Shown one piece after another: positions 21,118 to 30,562 of a stretch of DNA of 64,000 bases. A program made the position numbers and the translations under genes. The notes under the pieces were generated by a model. It saw only the letters and a program-made list of their open reading frames with translations, was not told where the DNA came from and searched no databases. The stretch covers positions 32,001 through 96,000 of the IMG/VR virus record IMGVR_UViG_3300042923_000524; one strand, written 5' to 3'. The stretch is from a virus. Every line of letters begins with the position of its first letter. The first letter of the stretch is position 1.

Positions 21118-21312
21118 TTAGTTTTCGTCTTGTATAACTTCAGCCTTTTTATTATGTTTTTTAGGTTCTAAATCAGTCCATTCAAAGTCAATGGGTTCAA
21201 ACAAAACCTTTATCTTATCTAAACTTAATTCTTTCTTCAGTTCTTCTAAATTATAAGTTTGACTAATACTATACTTCATTGCAGATGGATGATTATATTT
21301 TAAATATTTCAC
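21118..21312 (-). CDS. Hypothetical protein
   Basis: ORF track; follows the tail tube gene. Confidence 0.5.
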   Translation of the reverse strand: MKYLKYNHPSAMKYSISQTYNLEELKKELSLDKIKVLFEPIDFEWTDLEPKKHNKKAEVIQDEN

Positions 21313-21329
21313 TCAATTCACGTCCAATC

Positions 21330-22127
21330 TTAAACAGCCTCATCATTTAATTTGACGATATCTACAAATTCTCTTTCTACACTTGCGTTAAGAATTGTAT
21401 AGCAATCACAATCAAACGCCAGCTCTGTTGCTGAATCTGAAGCCATTGTTAATTCAAATTCTGGCTTTACTTTAGCTTTGTGAACTTTAAATGTTACAGG
21501 TACTTTTAAACCAGTTACATCATCATCAACTAAACCCCTACCAGTAATTGTAATAAATGAAGGGAAGTCTGCTGCTGTTATTTTTATATTCTCTGCTGCT
21601 GTACCTGAAGTATAATCATAAAATGCTATAAATTTAGTATTCTCTGGGGCAGTTGTTGCATTTAGAGTAACTTCTGCACCAGTTATACTATATTCATTTA
21701 CTGTTGTTGCAGGAGTTCCAACTGTTTGTTCTATACCTAAATCTCTCTCACCACTAAGTTTATAAATCTTTAAAGTACCTGCTAATGGTGTTTTAGAAAG
21801 AGTTATTGTGTTTGTTGCACTTGCTGATAAAATATCTTTCTTTGGGGTAGAAACCGCACCAGTTGTCACATCTCTTCCGAGTTTTACAGCCAATGCTTTA
21901 ATGTCAACAAGTGGTAAAACTGAATTGAACATACAATCCTTAGTGTGGTCGAGGTCTAGTAGCTTGTAATTCCCCTGTCCCCCTCGAATTGGAAGTCTTT
22001 CAGCAGTTGTTTGTACTGTGGAACTTTTGGCATAGTCTACAGAAAATAAAAAATCACCATATCCAGAAGCTGCATATTCCGATACATTATAATCTAAAAC
22101 TTCTTTTATTACGAAAGTATTGCTCAT
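21330..22127 (-). CDS. Major tail tube protein
   Basis: SPbeta-like tube: FVIKEV..I.GGQG..F..KAK.K.EFELTM..SAT..F.CD. Confidence 0.75.
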   Translation of the reverse strand: MSNTFVIKEVLDYNVSEYAASGYGDFLFSVDYAKSSTVQTTAERLPIRGGQGNYKLLDLDHTKDCMFNSVLPLVDIKALAVKLGRDVTTGAVSTPKKDILSASATNTITLSKTPLAGTLKIYKLSGERDLGIEQTVGTPATTVNEYSITGAEVTLNATTAPENTKFIAFYDYTSGTAAENIKITAADFPSFITITGRGLVDDDVTGLKVPVTFKVHKAKVKPEFELTMASDSATELAFDCDCYTILNASVEREFVDIVKLNDEAV

Positions 22128-22157
22128 GTAATATTCCTCCTTAAAATTTTATATTGG

Positions 22158-22847
22158 TTATTCATTTATAATTTTTAAGCTATAATGCTTAATATTATTT
22201 TTTTTAATATATTCTTCGGTTGCATTACCATAAAGGCAGGGTGTCCAAGAATCAATCATCATTAATCTTTTATATTGGTCTATTATTTGATAATAACTTA
22301 ATTGACCTATATTTGTAGGATTTATAGAAGCATGTCTAGCACTAACCGTAGACATAATTTCAAGAAAACCTACTCCGTCTTTTTGTTTAATTTTTGATTC
22401 CATTTCTTTTTTTAATTTTCTTGCTCTTGCCATCATTTCAGCAGCAATTTTATTTGCTGGTTTATAATCATCATCTTTTTTATCAAAGTGATGTAAAACA
22501 CGCAATGACTCCATAAATAAAGAAATATTATTTTCATCAATAAAATTGTTCTCATTCAAATATAATTTTTCTTCTTTAAGTTTAATTTGTTCTGTTTCAA
22601 AAAAGTAATAAAGCATGGAAGCAAATTCTTGAAGATAGTCCTTATTTGAAAGTAATACATAGTAAAAACTTGATTTATTATCTTCATATATATCAATATA
22701 TTTATTAAAAAAATAAATATAAGTCATTAGATTTTCTTTTAAATTATTAATTTTAGGACACTTAAAAAATCCCATATTTTCATCAATGATTATGTTATAA
22801 CCTAAAAAAGCATTTGTTTTAATGTAAGTTTTAAGATTATCATCCAT
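22158..22847 (-). CDS. Head-tail/tail morphogenesis protein (hypothetical)
   Basis: Conserved position in the SPbeta-like neck cluster. Confidence 0.45.
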   Translation of the reverse strand: MDDNLKTYIKTNAFLGYNIIIDENMGFFKCPKINNLKENLMTYIYFFNKYIDIYEDNKSSFYYVLLSNKDYLQEFASMLYYFFETEQIKLKEEKLYLNENNFIDENNISLFMESLRVLHHFDKKDDDYKPANKIAAEMMARARKLKKEMESKIKQKDGVGFLEIMSTVSARHASINPTNIGQLSYYQIIDQYKRLMMIDSWTPCLYGNATEEYIKKNNIKHYSLKIINE

Positions 22848-23325
22848 TTGAACTCACCTTTATAAAGTCAGAAACATGAAATACACAATAACTTCCCATG
22901 TAATTCTCATTAATTTCTAAATCACTTACAAGTTTTAACTTTGCTCTTCCTATTCCTAATTCTCTACTTTTATAAAACATAGTTTTTAACTGTTCATATA
23001 TATAATCATAACGATTTCCATAGTCAGTTCTAACTAAGGTATTACTACAAACTATATAAAAGTAAATATCTCCTTCAATATAAGTTTCGTCTTTAGGTTC
23101 AAATCCTTTAAACTGCATAGTCAATATACATTTCTCACCAGTTGCAATTTCTTTCTGACCTTTATATGGAAATATATAATTATAAACAGCATCGGTGGGG
23201 TCAATGGTTAGAGGAGGATTTAAAAAATCTGGTTGATTGATAGTTAATGCTTTTAAAAGATTTGTGTTCTCAATAAGTTTACTAATTATTATTCCTTTGT
23301 AATCTGTGAAAGTATTATTTGCCAT
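22840..23325 (-). CDS. Putative tail terminator/completion protein
   Basis: Position before the tube; IFPY..RYD motifs. Confidence 0.45.
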   Translation of the reverse strand: MANNTFTDYKGIIISKLIENTNLLKALTINQPDFLNPPLTIDPTDAVYNYIFPYKGQKEIATGEKCILTMQFKGFEPKDETYIEGDIYFYIVCSNTLVRTDYGNRYDYIYEQLKTMFYKSRELGIGRAKLKLVSDLEINENYMGSYCVFHVSDFIKVSSNG

Positions 23326-23337
23326 TTACCCACCTCC

Positions 23338-24537
23338 TTAAAATACATTCTTTAATGTAATTAATTTCTCAACAACCTTACTAATATCACTATTGTCAGT
23401 AGCTTTTAAAGTAATTGTTCCACTACTCTTTAATGCTTTAACCGTACAGGAATTTCCATCAATCACAACTAACTGATAACTTGTTGTATCTCCAGCAACA
23501 CTAAAAGTAAATGATTGTGCAATAGCCACACCATTATTATATTTTTGTGCAATATAAGTCTTAGTCTGATTAATTTTTATTTCGCTGTCAGGCAAACTTA
23601 CAGATGAAAGTGAATATGAATAATTAGTTTGTGGAAGTGCTGTTACATTTACAGTTATTGTATCAAAAATAGTGTTGTCACTTGCCAACTTCACAGTAAT
23701 TACACAATCATCAATTATATCTAAGGCTGTTACTAAGCCACTAGAATCAACCGTACAAACCAAAGGATTGCTACTTGTATAAGTTAAATCAGGAGTTGGT
23801 GAGATTGGTGTTCCATTATCATCTACTTGTACATTAAGTTGAAGTGTAGAACCTTCTTGAATATCTACAGTTTCACCATTTGTTATAGTTAGTGTAAATA
23901 TATGTGCTTCTTGTTGTTCAGCACACCATTTCAATTTAATAATCAACAACCCAACTTCTTTAACCCTATCAATGTCAATAACTTCATAATTATCAAATTC
24001 AGAAAGTTTATATATATCATTTCTTTCTATGTATTTTGTTATATCATTATTGGAAACTTTTATAGTTATTTCACCACTTGGTTGAATAATGTATTTGTTT
24101 TCATCAATCCCCAAATCACTAGACCTTGCACCACTTTCAACAATGTATGGTATTTGTATAGGTGTTGGGGAGATTGTTGGTTTATAGAAGGATAATACAC
24201 TTGTACATTGAGTTATCTTAAATGTTTTATGAGTAGGTATAACATTTTTTTCAATACTTGTTATTAACCATTTTTCAATACCCCATTCAAAAACAATTCC
24301 TATATTAAAAGGGGTTTCTAAAGTGACTTGTAGTATTTTATTATCTTTATTACTATCATTAAAAGCCACGTCTTGAATTACACAATCATAATCAATATTA
24401 CCAACTTTTATAACTTCTTTATTTGGTGCGTATTTTAGAAATTCTGCAAAATTATCAATACCATCATTAATAAGTCTCTCTTTATCAGTAGAGCCATTAT
24501 ATGAAATTCTAGCATTATAAATATCTATATAAGACAT
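23338..24537 (-). CDS. Head-closure protein with Ig-like (Big_2) domains
   Basis: G..F.W..EKWLI.S; YTSSNP.V.TVDSSGLVTA Ig-like motif. Confidence 0.6.
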   Translation of the reverse strand: MSYIDIYNARISYNGSTDKERLINDGIDNFAEFLKYAPNKEVIKVGNIDYDCVIQDVAFNDSNKDNKILQVTLETPFNIGIVFEWGIEKWLITSIEKNVIPTHKTFKITQCTSVLSFYKPTISPTPIQIPYIVESGARSSDLGIDENKYIIQPSGEITIKVSNNDITKYIERNDIYKLSEFDNYEVIDIDRVKEVGLLIIKLKWCAEQQEAHIFTLTITNGETVDIQEGSTLQLNVQVDDNGTPISPTPDLTYTSSNPLVCTVDSSGLVTALDIIDDCVITVKLASDNTIFDTITVNVTALPQTNYSYSLSSVSLPDSEIKINQTKTYIAQKYNNGVAIAQSFTFSVAGDTTSYQLVVIDGNSCTVKALKSSGTITLKATDNSDISKVVEKLITLKNVF

Positions 24538-24539
24538 AC

Positions 24540-24857
24540 TTATTCACCTACTTGTCTTGGAGGATACAATGCCTTTGTTAAGGTAATAGAATCAAATACA
24601 ACTTTTCTATATAATTGTCTATCATTCTCTAATTGATTTAATCCTTCTAATTTAGAAATTAATCTTATAAAAGTTGGACTCTCAAGAAAAATTTCATTTG
24701 CACCAACAAGTTCTTCAATAAAAGATTGCAAATATTTCTGCCACTCTTTATTTTCCTCATATAAAGGTAATAGTTTAAATATATTACGGATTGTCTGGTC
24801 TAAAAATTCATCCATTGTTGTTTCTTTTATTTCATTATTGTATTTTATTTTTATCAT
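24540..24857 (-). CDS. Hypothetical neck-region protein
   Basis: IFKLLPLYEE motif; position. Confidence 0.5.
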   Translation of the reverse strand: MIKIKYNNEIKETTMDEFLDQTIRNIFKLLPLYEENKEWQKYLQSFIEELVGANEIFLESPTFIRLISKLEGLNQLENDRQLYRKVVFDSITLTKALYPPRQVGE

Positions 24858-25303
24858 TATTTGTCACCAGCCAATCCACTAAAGTTTGATTTTCTATTTT
24901 TTACAAAAGAGTATTTAGATTTTAATCTTTCACATTCATCTAAAGTATCTTGTTTTAATTTTAATAATTGATTTAAATGTTCTGCCTGAGAAGTCATTTT
25001 AAAATCTCTATCTGTAAACTTTTGTTTTATTACATTTTTGTTATTTACCTGTCTATCAATCCATTTTAATTTCATTAGATTTGCAAATATCTCAATTGTA
25101 TCCAAACTTAAATCTTGATTAAAAACTTTTGCTTCGTCATCAAAATCTCTAATATCCTCTCTTGGATATTCAAATTCAATAATTGCAGAATTTTTTAAAA
25201 CAATCATATCTGCTTCTGCATCCATAATTGTAGCTTCAGAATAAAATGGGTCTGTAATTTTACCTAAAAAACTTAAAAATAAATTATTATATGGGGTTGA
25301 CAT
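24857..25303 (-). CDS. Putative head-tail adaptor
   Basis: T.Y..F..FL.KI.D..I.A..M...W....S.A..L..L; position after the capsid. Confidence 0.55.
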   Translation of the reverse strand: MSTPYNNLFLSFLGKITDPFYSEATIMDAEADMIVLKNSAIIEFEYPREDIRDFDDEAKVFNQDLSLDTIEIFANLMKLKWIDRQVNNKNVIKQKFTDRDFKMTSQAEHLNQLLKLKQDTLDECERLKSKYSFVKNRKSNFSGLAGDK

Positions 25304-25317
25304 TAATTATAACCCCC

Positions 25318-25803
25318 TTACTTCTTTTTACTTTGTTTTTCTTCTTTTTTCTCTTTAATAGCAGAATAAACATCAACACCTGTTATATCTTTAACCACTT
25401 CAATTTTATCCATGTCTTTAATTTCTTGTTCAATTGCTATAGAAGCCACCTTCTCTTTTATGGTGTCTGGAGCATTTTCAAGAGTAGATTTTATTTCTTC
25501 CACTTCTTTTTTTAACAATTCACCCACACCTACATTATCTATCAAAAATTCAGGCAAGTTTGACAAACCTAATTCTTCTCTAATAGCATTATCTTTTATT
25601 AAAAGGATACTTTCTTGAAATAAAACAGCTCCACCTCTAGTATTCATTTGGTCTTTTATTTCCTCTAATTCAATCTTTTTAACTGAATCTGGTTTATCCC
25701 ATAGTCTTTTTATACGATTATACTCTGAATAATAAGATACACTACCTGTATCATTATTAAAAACCTCTACCATTATATCTTTTTCTGTTGCTTTTTTAGC
25801 CAT
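25318..25803 (-). CDS. Hypothetical virion-associated protein
   Basis: ORF after the capsid terminator. Confidence 0.5.
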   Translation of the reverse strand: MAKKATEKDIMVEVFNNDTGSVSYYSEYNRIKRLWDKPDSVKKIELEEIKDQMNTRGGAVLFQESILLIKDNAIREELGLSNLPEFLIDNVGVGELLKKEVEEIKSTLENAPDTIKEKVASIAIEQEIKDMDKIEVVKDITGVDVYSAIKEKKEEKQSKKK

Positions 25804-25854
25804 ATTTATTACTCTCCTTTTATGCCTTTAATTTTTAATTTTAAGTTAAATTAT

Positions 25855-25896
25855 AAAGAAGAATGGCAGGAGATTACCCTGCCATTTCCTTCTTTT
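25855..25896 (-). terminator. Terminator after the major capsid gene
   Basis: ATGGCAGG/CCTGCCAT stem with flanking purine/pyrimidine runs. Confidence 0.65.
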
Positions 25897-25920
25897 CATA
25901 TGTTTATAATTTTATATTGA

Positions 25921-26907
25921 TTATACTAAAGCAGTATTTCTATACACTGAGTAGTAGTTCGTATTCAATACAGTGGTACCAATCTTTTTGTATGGTTGGA
26001 AGTCAAGTGAAGCATCTGCGTTCTTTCTTTCTTCAAGAATAGTTTGACCTTCCAAAAGAACCTTAACTATTTTTTCATCAGCAGTTCCACCAGTAGGAAT
26101 TATGAAAGCATATTGTGGGTTAAATATCTTAACCGCATTAGATTCATCTTCAAATGATTGAGGAAGCACTATTACGTTTGCACCTTCAAATCTACCAATA
26201 TAACCTTGATTTCTCATATCAGCCTTATCAGCATCACCTATAAAGTTTGCAGAAGGTGTTATTGTTCCAGCGAATTCTGGAGTGCAGATAATATTAGCAT
26301 TTCCACCATAAGCCTTAACAGTTGTGATTAATCTTCTCATTTCAGCAGCGTCAAAAGCAGCAGCAGAGTGTTTGTTAGCAGCAAGCAAATTAGCAAAAGT
26401 GCCTATTAAAGCAGTTTGTACGTCTTTGTAAATTGCCATTTCTATGCCGTCAATAATTAAATCTGTAAGCTCTGCAAAGTCCATATTGCCGTCTAAGAAT
26501 TGTTCAAATTCTATATAAACCGCACCGCCATAAGCGTAAGTAGTTACGTCAATTTCTTCTTTGTCAAGTCTTACTCTTTCATAAACTCCACCAAGACCAA
26601 CCTTAGTTATAAATCTCTTTACATTGTTTCTACCCAATTTCTTCTTAAACTTTGGTTTGTTACCTTGTGTGTATGATTTAACTTCTGCAAACATACCAAT
26701 AGCATCTTGAATTTTCTTAGGCATTACTTCATCTACAACTTCACCAATTATTTCAAATATAGTAAGTTTGTTTCTTCTATATGTATTATAATCTGGTGCA
26801 AGTTCTCTAAATTTATCTCTTAAAGCACCTTCCATATCTGTTTGTGAATAATCTGTAGGCACTTCTTTTTTATATACGGCAAGAGCCAATTGTTTCAATT
26901 CATTCAT
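25921..26907 (-). CDS. Major capsid protein
   Basis: 328 aa; order protease-decoration-capsid as in SPbeta-like phages; strong RBS and biased codons. Confidence 0.8.
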   Translation of the reverse strand: MNELKQLALAVYKKEVPTDYSQTDMEGALRDKFRELAPDYNTYRRNKLTIFEIIGEVVDEVMPKKIQDAIGMFAEVKSYTQGNKPKFKKKLGRNNVKRFITKVGLGGVYERVRLDKEEIDVTTYAYGGAVYIEFEQFLDGNMDFAELTDLIIDGIEMAIYKDVQTALIGTFANLLAANKHSAAAFDAAEMRRLITTVKAYGGNANIICTPEFAGTITPSANFIGDADKADMRNQGYIGRFEGANVIVLPQSFEDESNAVKIFNPQYAFIIPTGGTADEKIVKVLLEGQTILEERKNADASLDFQPYKKIGTTVLNTNYYSVYRNTALV

Positions 26908-26940
26908 GTTTCTATTTCCTCCTTATTTTTATATTTGTTA

Positions 26941-27483
26941 TTATCCTCTTAAACAAGCTAATTTAAGTCCGTCTCTACCATTTGGCAATTTAACTGCTTC
27001 TACAACTTTAAATTCAACTACAGCAGTTGCAGTTGTAGCAGCTTTTAATTCAATATAACCAGAAGTTGATGGTATTGCGAATACGGTTGTTGCATCTATA
27101 GCAGCCTTTACAGCAGCGAAATCAGCATAAGTAACATCATCCCAAACTATTGCATTGGTTTCTATGATGTCATTTGCATCTAAAGCACCAAGTCTAGGTA
27201 AGAATGTTCCTGTTTTTACAGCAAATTTATTTCTACCTTCACCATCATATAATTTTTCTACACTATAATGTAAAAATACCTTGTCTGTAACTGCATCTGG
27301 AAGTAATACCTTTTTACCTACATGGTCTACTCTTAAAAGCATACCATTTTCTGCTGGAATAGTTGCGAAATCTGTTCCATCTAAAGGATACTGTGTTACC
27401 AAATTACCTGTTCTTGACGCTGCAAGTCTATTGACTTCTACTACTGAATATTCACCTGCTGGTGTTAATTTAACTTGACCCAT
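26941..27483 (-). CDS. Head decoration/minor capsid protein
   Basis: Y.VVE.N..ENGM.L..FLH.SVE..LP.G..K pattern; between protease and capsid. Confidence 0.6.
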   Translation of the reverse strand: MGQVKLTPAGEYSVVEVNRLAASRTGNLVTQYPLDGTDFATIPAENGMLLRVDHVGKKVLLPDAVTDKVFLHYSVEKLYDGEGRNKFAVKTGTFLPRLGALDANDIIETNAIVWDDVTYADFAAVKAAIDATTVFAIPSTSGYIELKAATTATAVVEFKVVEAVKLPNGRDGLKLACLRG

Positions 27484-27503
27484 TCTATATTCCTCCTAAT
27501 TTC

Positions 27504-29003
27504 TTATTTATTTTTATTTTTGTATTTATCTACTAACTCCAAATAATTTGGAGCATTAGAATCTTTTACTATACCAAAATTACTTAAAGCTAGTTTTGGT
27601 TTACCTGATTTTTCTTCTTTTTGTTCAAAAGAAAACTCAGCCTTTTTCTTGCCTAGTAAAGCAAATAGGTTGAGTTCTAATTCTTGATAATTATACTTAT
27701 CAATATTTTCTACAAATGTTTTGACTTCTTCTTCTGTGAGTTCACTGAATTTTGATAACAAAGTCATTTTATCTTCTTTTTCTCTAGTGTTTTTGAATTC
27801 TTTTAGTTGAGTATTTTCAACTCTTAATTGCTCAATTTCATCATTACTAAATACTGTTTCGGAAGAAGGTTCAGCACCTTTTACTAACCATTTCATTTCA
27901 ACTTCTACTTTTTCACCAACTAGAGAAACATTATCTCCGTCTATGGTGTAATCAAACTTGTAGAATGAACTATCTTCCCAATTTTCTGCTATGAAATATG
28001 TCTGAAACACTTCTGCAATCCAATAATTCCAATCTCTATACCCCTCCTCATTCAAAGGATTAATCAACTCATAAAGTTTACTTCTTATATCATCATGAGA
28101 TAGTTCAAACATTACTTGGAATTTAGGAATTACTTCTTCTTTTTCTTCTTTTTCAAACTCTGTAGTTGTTTCTTCAACTTCTGTTACGACTTCTTCTGAT
28201 TCAACAACCTCTTCAACCTTTTCAGTTTCAGTCACTTCAGTTATAACTTCTTCAACTACTGTATCTTTATTAATAACTTCCACTACACAATTACCTCCTT
28301 CACTGGAAAATTCTATATTCTCAACTTCTTTTTCAGAAGGTTGATTCATTGAATAATATTTATTAAATTCATCTAGGATATCTTTTAACTCATCTTTTAA
28401 TGTAGAAAAACTAAACTTTTCTATTGTACTACCCACCATTGCTGGGGTTATACCATCTCCAAGTATACAAGCACCTTCCCACATAAATTGAGTGAATTTA
28501 TAGTATCCATTTTTACTCCATTCACCTTTTATAGAAGGTGGATAAAGTTCCATAGATTGACCTTTTGTATTATCCCTATCAAAAATCTTTACTGCATTTG
28601 CAAATTTATTAAATATCAATCCTTCACAAACTAAATATTCTCTTTCTATTCCATCTACTGTTTTTAATTCAAATTTTGCATTATTGGTTTCAGGTATTAT
28701 TCCATATGCCCTACCTACATAAACAATATCTACTCCATTATCATCAATAACTAGTTTTGTTTCATGTCCTGCAAAATCTTCTTTGTTTTTATCATCAACT
28801 TGTATATATCCTACAATTGGTATGTTAGATAAACTAGGCAATGCATTTTCTACAATAGATTTCTCAAAAAATGAGTTATTAAGATTCAAACCTGTATGAA
28901 GTAAATATATTTTTACTCTAGTAAATCTTAAATCTGCAATATCATCCATTTTTTCAAAATGAATTGGCAAACTGGTATTTATTTTTATTTCCACCTGTCT
29001 CAC
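27504..29003 (-). CDS. Prohead protease/scaffold fusion (SPbeta YonD-like)
   Basis: H.G.N.N.S..L.NIPIVG..DF.GHE..QSMEL..G.CILG..PAM; acidic C-terminal scaffold. Likely start GTG 28994. Confidence 0.75.
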   Translation of the reverse strand: MRQVEIKINTSLPIHFEKMDDIADLRFTRVKIYLLHTGLNLNNSFFEKSIVENALPSLSNIPIVGYIQVDDKNKEDFAGHETKLVIDDNGVDIVYVGRAYGIIPETNNAKFELKTVDGIEREYLVCEGLIFNKFANAVKIFDRDNTKGQSMELYPPSIKGEWSKNGYYKFTQFMWEGACILGDGITPAMVGSTIEKFSFSTLKDELKDILDEFNKYYSMNQPSEKEVENIEFSSEGGNCVVEVINKDTVVEEVITEVTETEKVEEVVESEEVVTEVEETTTEFEKEEKEEVIPKFQVMFELSHDDIRSKLYELINPLNEEGYRDWNYWIAEVFQTYFIAENWEDSSFYKFDYTIDGDNVSLVGEKVEVEMKWLVKGAEPSSETVFSNDEIEQLRVENTQLKEFKNTREKEDKMTLLSKFSELTEEEVKTFVENIDKYNYQELELNLFALLGKKKAEFSFEQKEEKSGKPKLALSNFGIVKDSNAPNYLELVDKYKNKNK

Positions 29004-29012
29004 CTCCTAAAG

Positions 29013-30497
29013 TTATTTCTTTGCCCTTGTTTTATTAGTTTGCTTATCCTTGGTTTTTTCTCCCGAAGGTGTTAAAGTACCATCACTTTCTGGTCTACCA
29101 CCATCTCCACTTTGTACGAATGAAGTTTGTAATGGAATCATTTTATCTTGCAATCCATATATGTTTTGTTCTACATTTAGTAAATTCATAAAAGTAGTTT
29201 GTTTAATTCCCATTGCACATAAAGGTAATAATTTTGAATACCCCAAAGTTGCACCAGTTTTATATATTTCAAACATTTCTTTACGATTAAAAATTGTTAT
29301 TTCTGGAAATAAGACTTCAAAATTATAATTCCTACTTGATATTAAGTAAACATTTAATTTAACTTCATACCATGTTTTAAACTGGTCAAGCAAAGTAAAC
29401 ATCATACTTTCATCAACTTTTATAGATTTATCAAGACCAATACTTCCACCCTTTGTACCACTGTCAAATAAAATACTTGAAGTACCTGTTGTTCTGTGTA
29501 CATTATTTGATGCTCTCTCAATATTATCTCTAATTGTCTGACCTTTTTCTTGAAGATTAATAGCCTCAACATCTAGTAAGGTAGTTAATACATCTACTCC
29601 TTCTTGGGTTATCATTTTCTTAGCATTGCCGTGTAATTCTTGTAATTCTTCAAGTTTAAATATAGGCATATTAGTCTTACTATCTATAGGAGCTTTTTGT
29701 ACAATAAGCTTGTATAAATCCATTTCAGATTGTGCTTTATCTAAAACCTTATATTCACTAAGAGTTACTAACTCTGTAAATACAGGGGATAGTAATGGCG
29801 TACCATTGTCAAACATCTTATGACATCTGGCAAATTCAGGATTTAATAATTGCCACTCTGGATTTTTAATGTTTTGTGAATTTTCTCTGTAAATGTTATA
29901 TAGTTGTAAAAATTCATTTGGAAACATTTCAAAAGCTTCAATTTTATCTTCTGTATTTCTAAAAGTATCAAAATATTTAAAATTGAATTCAACAGCATAA
30001 TTACCATTTAACTTATATCTTGACCTGCAAAATTCAGGTGGTAGTTGTTGTATTGCTATAACTCCCTCTAAATCTCTTTCATAACCATAAAAAACACCAT
30101 CTTTAACGGTAATAAATGATACAAATCTATTAGTTTGTTTTGAATTAGAATCATCCATATAATTTACTGCTTTTTGAAATCCTGATTCAAAATTCTTTTG
30201 GTCTAATTGTTCTTGATTTTTTATAATCGGTATTACTAAATTATCAAATGTTAAAATTGAAGAGTAATAGAAAACCAAACGTCTATATTCACCAGACACA
30301 GCAAAGAAATAATTAGATACTTCACGAAGTTTTATATCATCATTATTATCAAGAAAAGTTTGTATTTGGTCTTTTGTATATTTGTATTGTGTTTTATCAA
30401 CTTTATAGTTAATAGAATAAACACTTTCTGAAAGTTTTCTAAACTCTATATTATCTCTATCTTTAGGTTTGTTTGTAGTTCCTTTTGGTCTACCTAT
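29013..30497 (-). CDS. Portal protein (YonE-like)
   Basis: Follows the terminase; S.YF...SG.Y.R..DG.FYG..QLP..CR..G.P. Track GTG 30506 lies inside the RBS; ATA 30497 proposed. Confidence 0.8.
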   Translation of the reverse strand: MGRPKGTTNKPKDRDNIEFRKLSESVYSINYKVDKTQYKYTKDQIQTFLDNNDDIKLREVSNYFFAVSGEYRRLVFYYSSILTFDNLVIPIIKNQEQLDQKNFESGFQKAVNYMDDSNSKQTNRFVSFITVKDGVFYGYERDLEGVIAIQQLPPEFCRSRYKLNGNYAVEFNFKYFDTFRNTEDKIEAFEMFPNEFLQLYNIYRENSQNIKNPEWQLLNPEFARCHKMFDNGTPLLSPVFTELVTLSEYKVLDKAQSEMDLYKLIVQKAPIDSKTNMPIFKLEELQELHGNAKKMITQEGVDVLTTLLDVEAINLQEKGQTIRDNIERASNNVHRTTGTSSILFDSGTKGGSIGLDKSIKVDESMMFTLLDQFKTWYEVKLNVYLISSRNYNFEVLFPEITIFNRKEMFEIYKTGATLGYSKLLPLCAMGIKQTTFMNLLNVEQNIYGLQDKMIPLQTSFVQSGDGGRPESDGTLTPSGEKTKDKQTNKTRAKK

Positions 30498-30562
30498 AGC
30501 AAACACCTCCTTTGATTTATTTGGTGTATTGGGGGTGGGTCATTGAATTTTATATTGATTAT

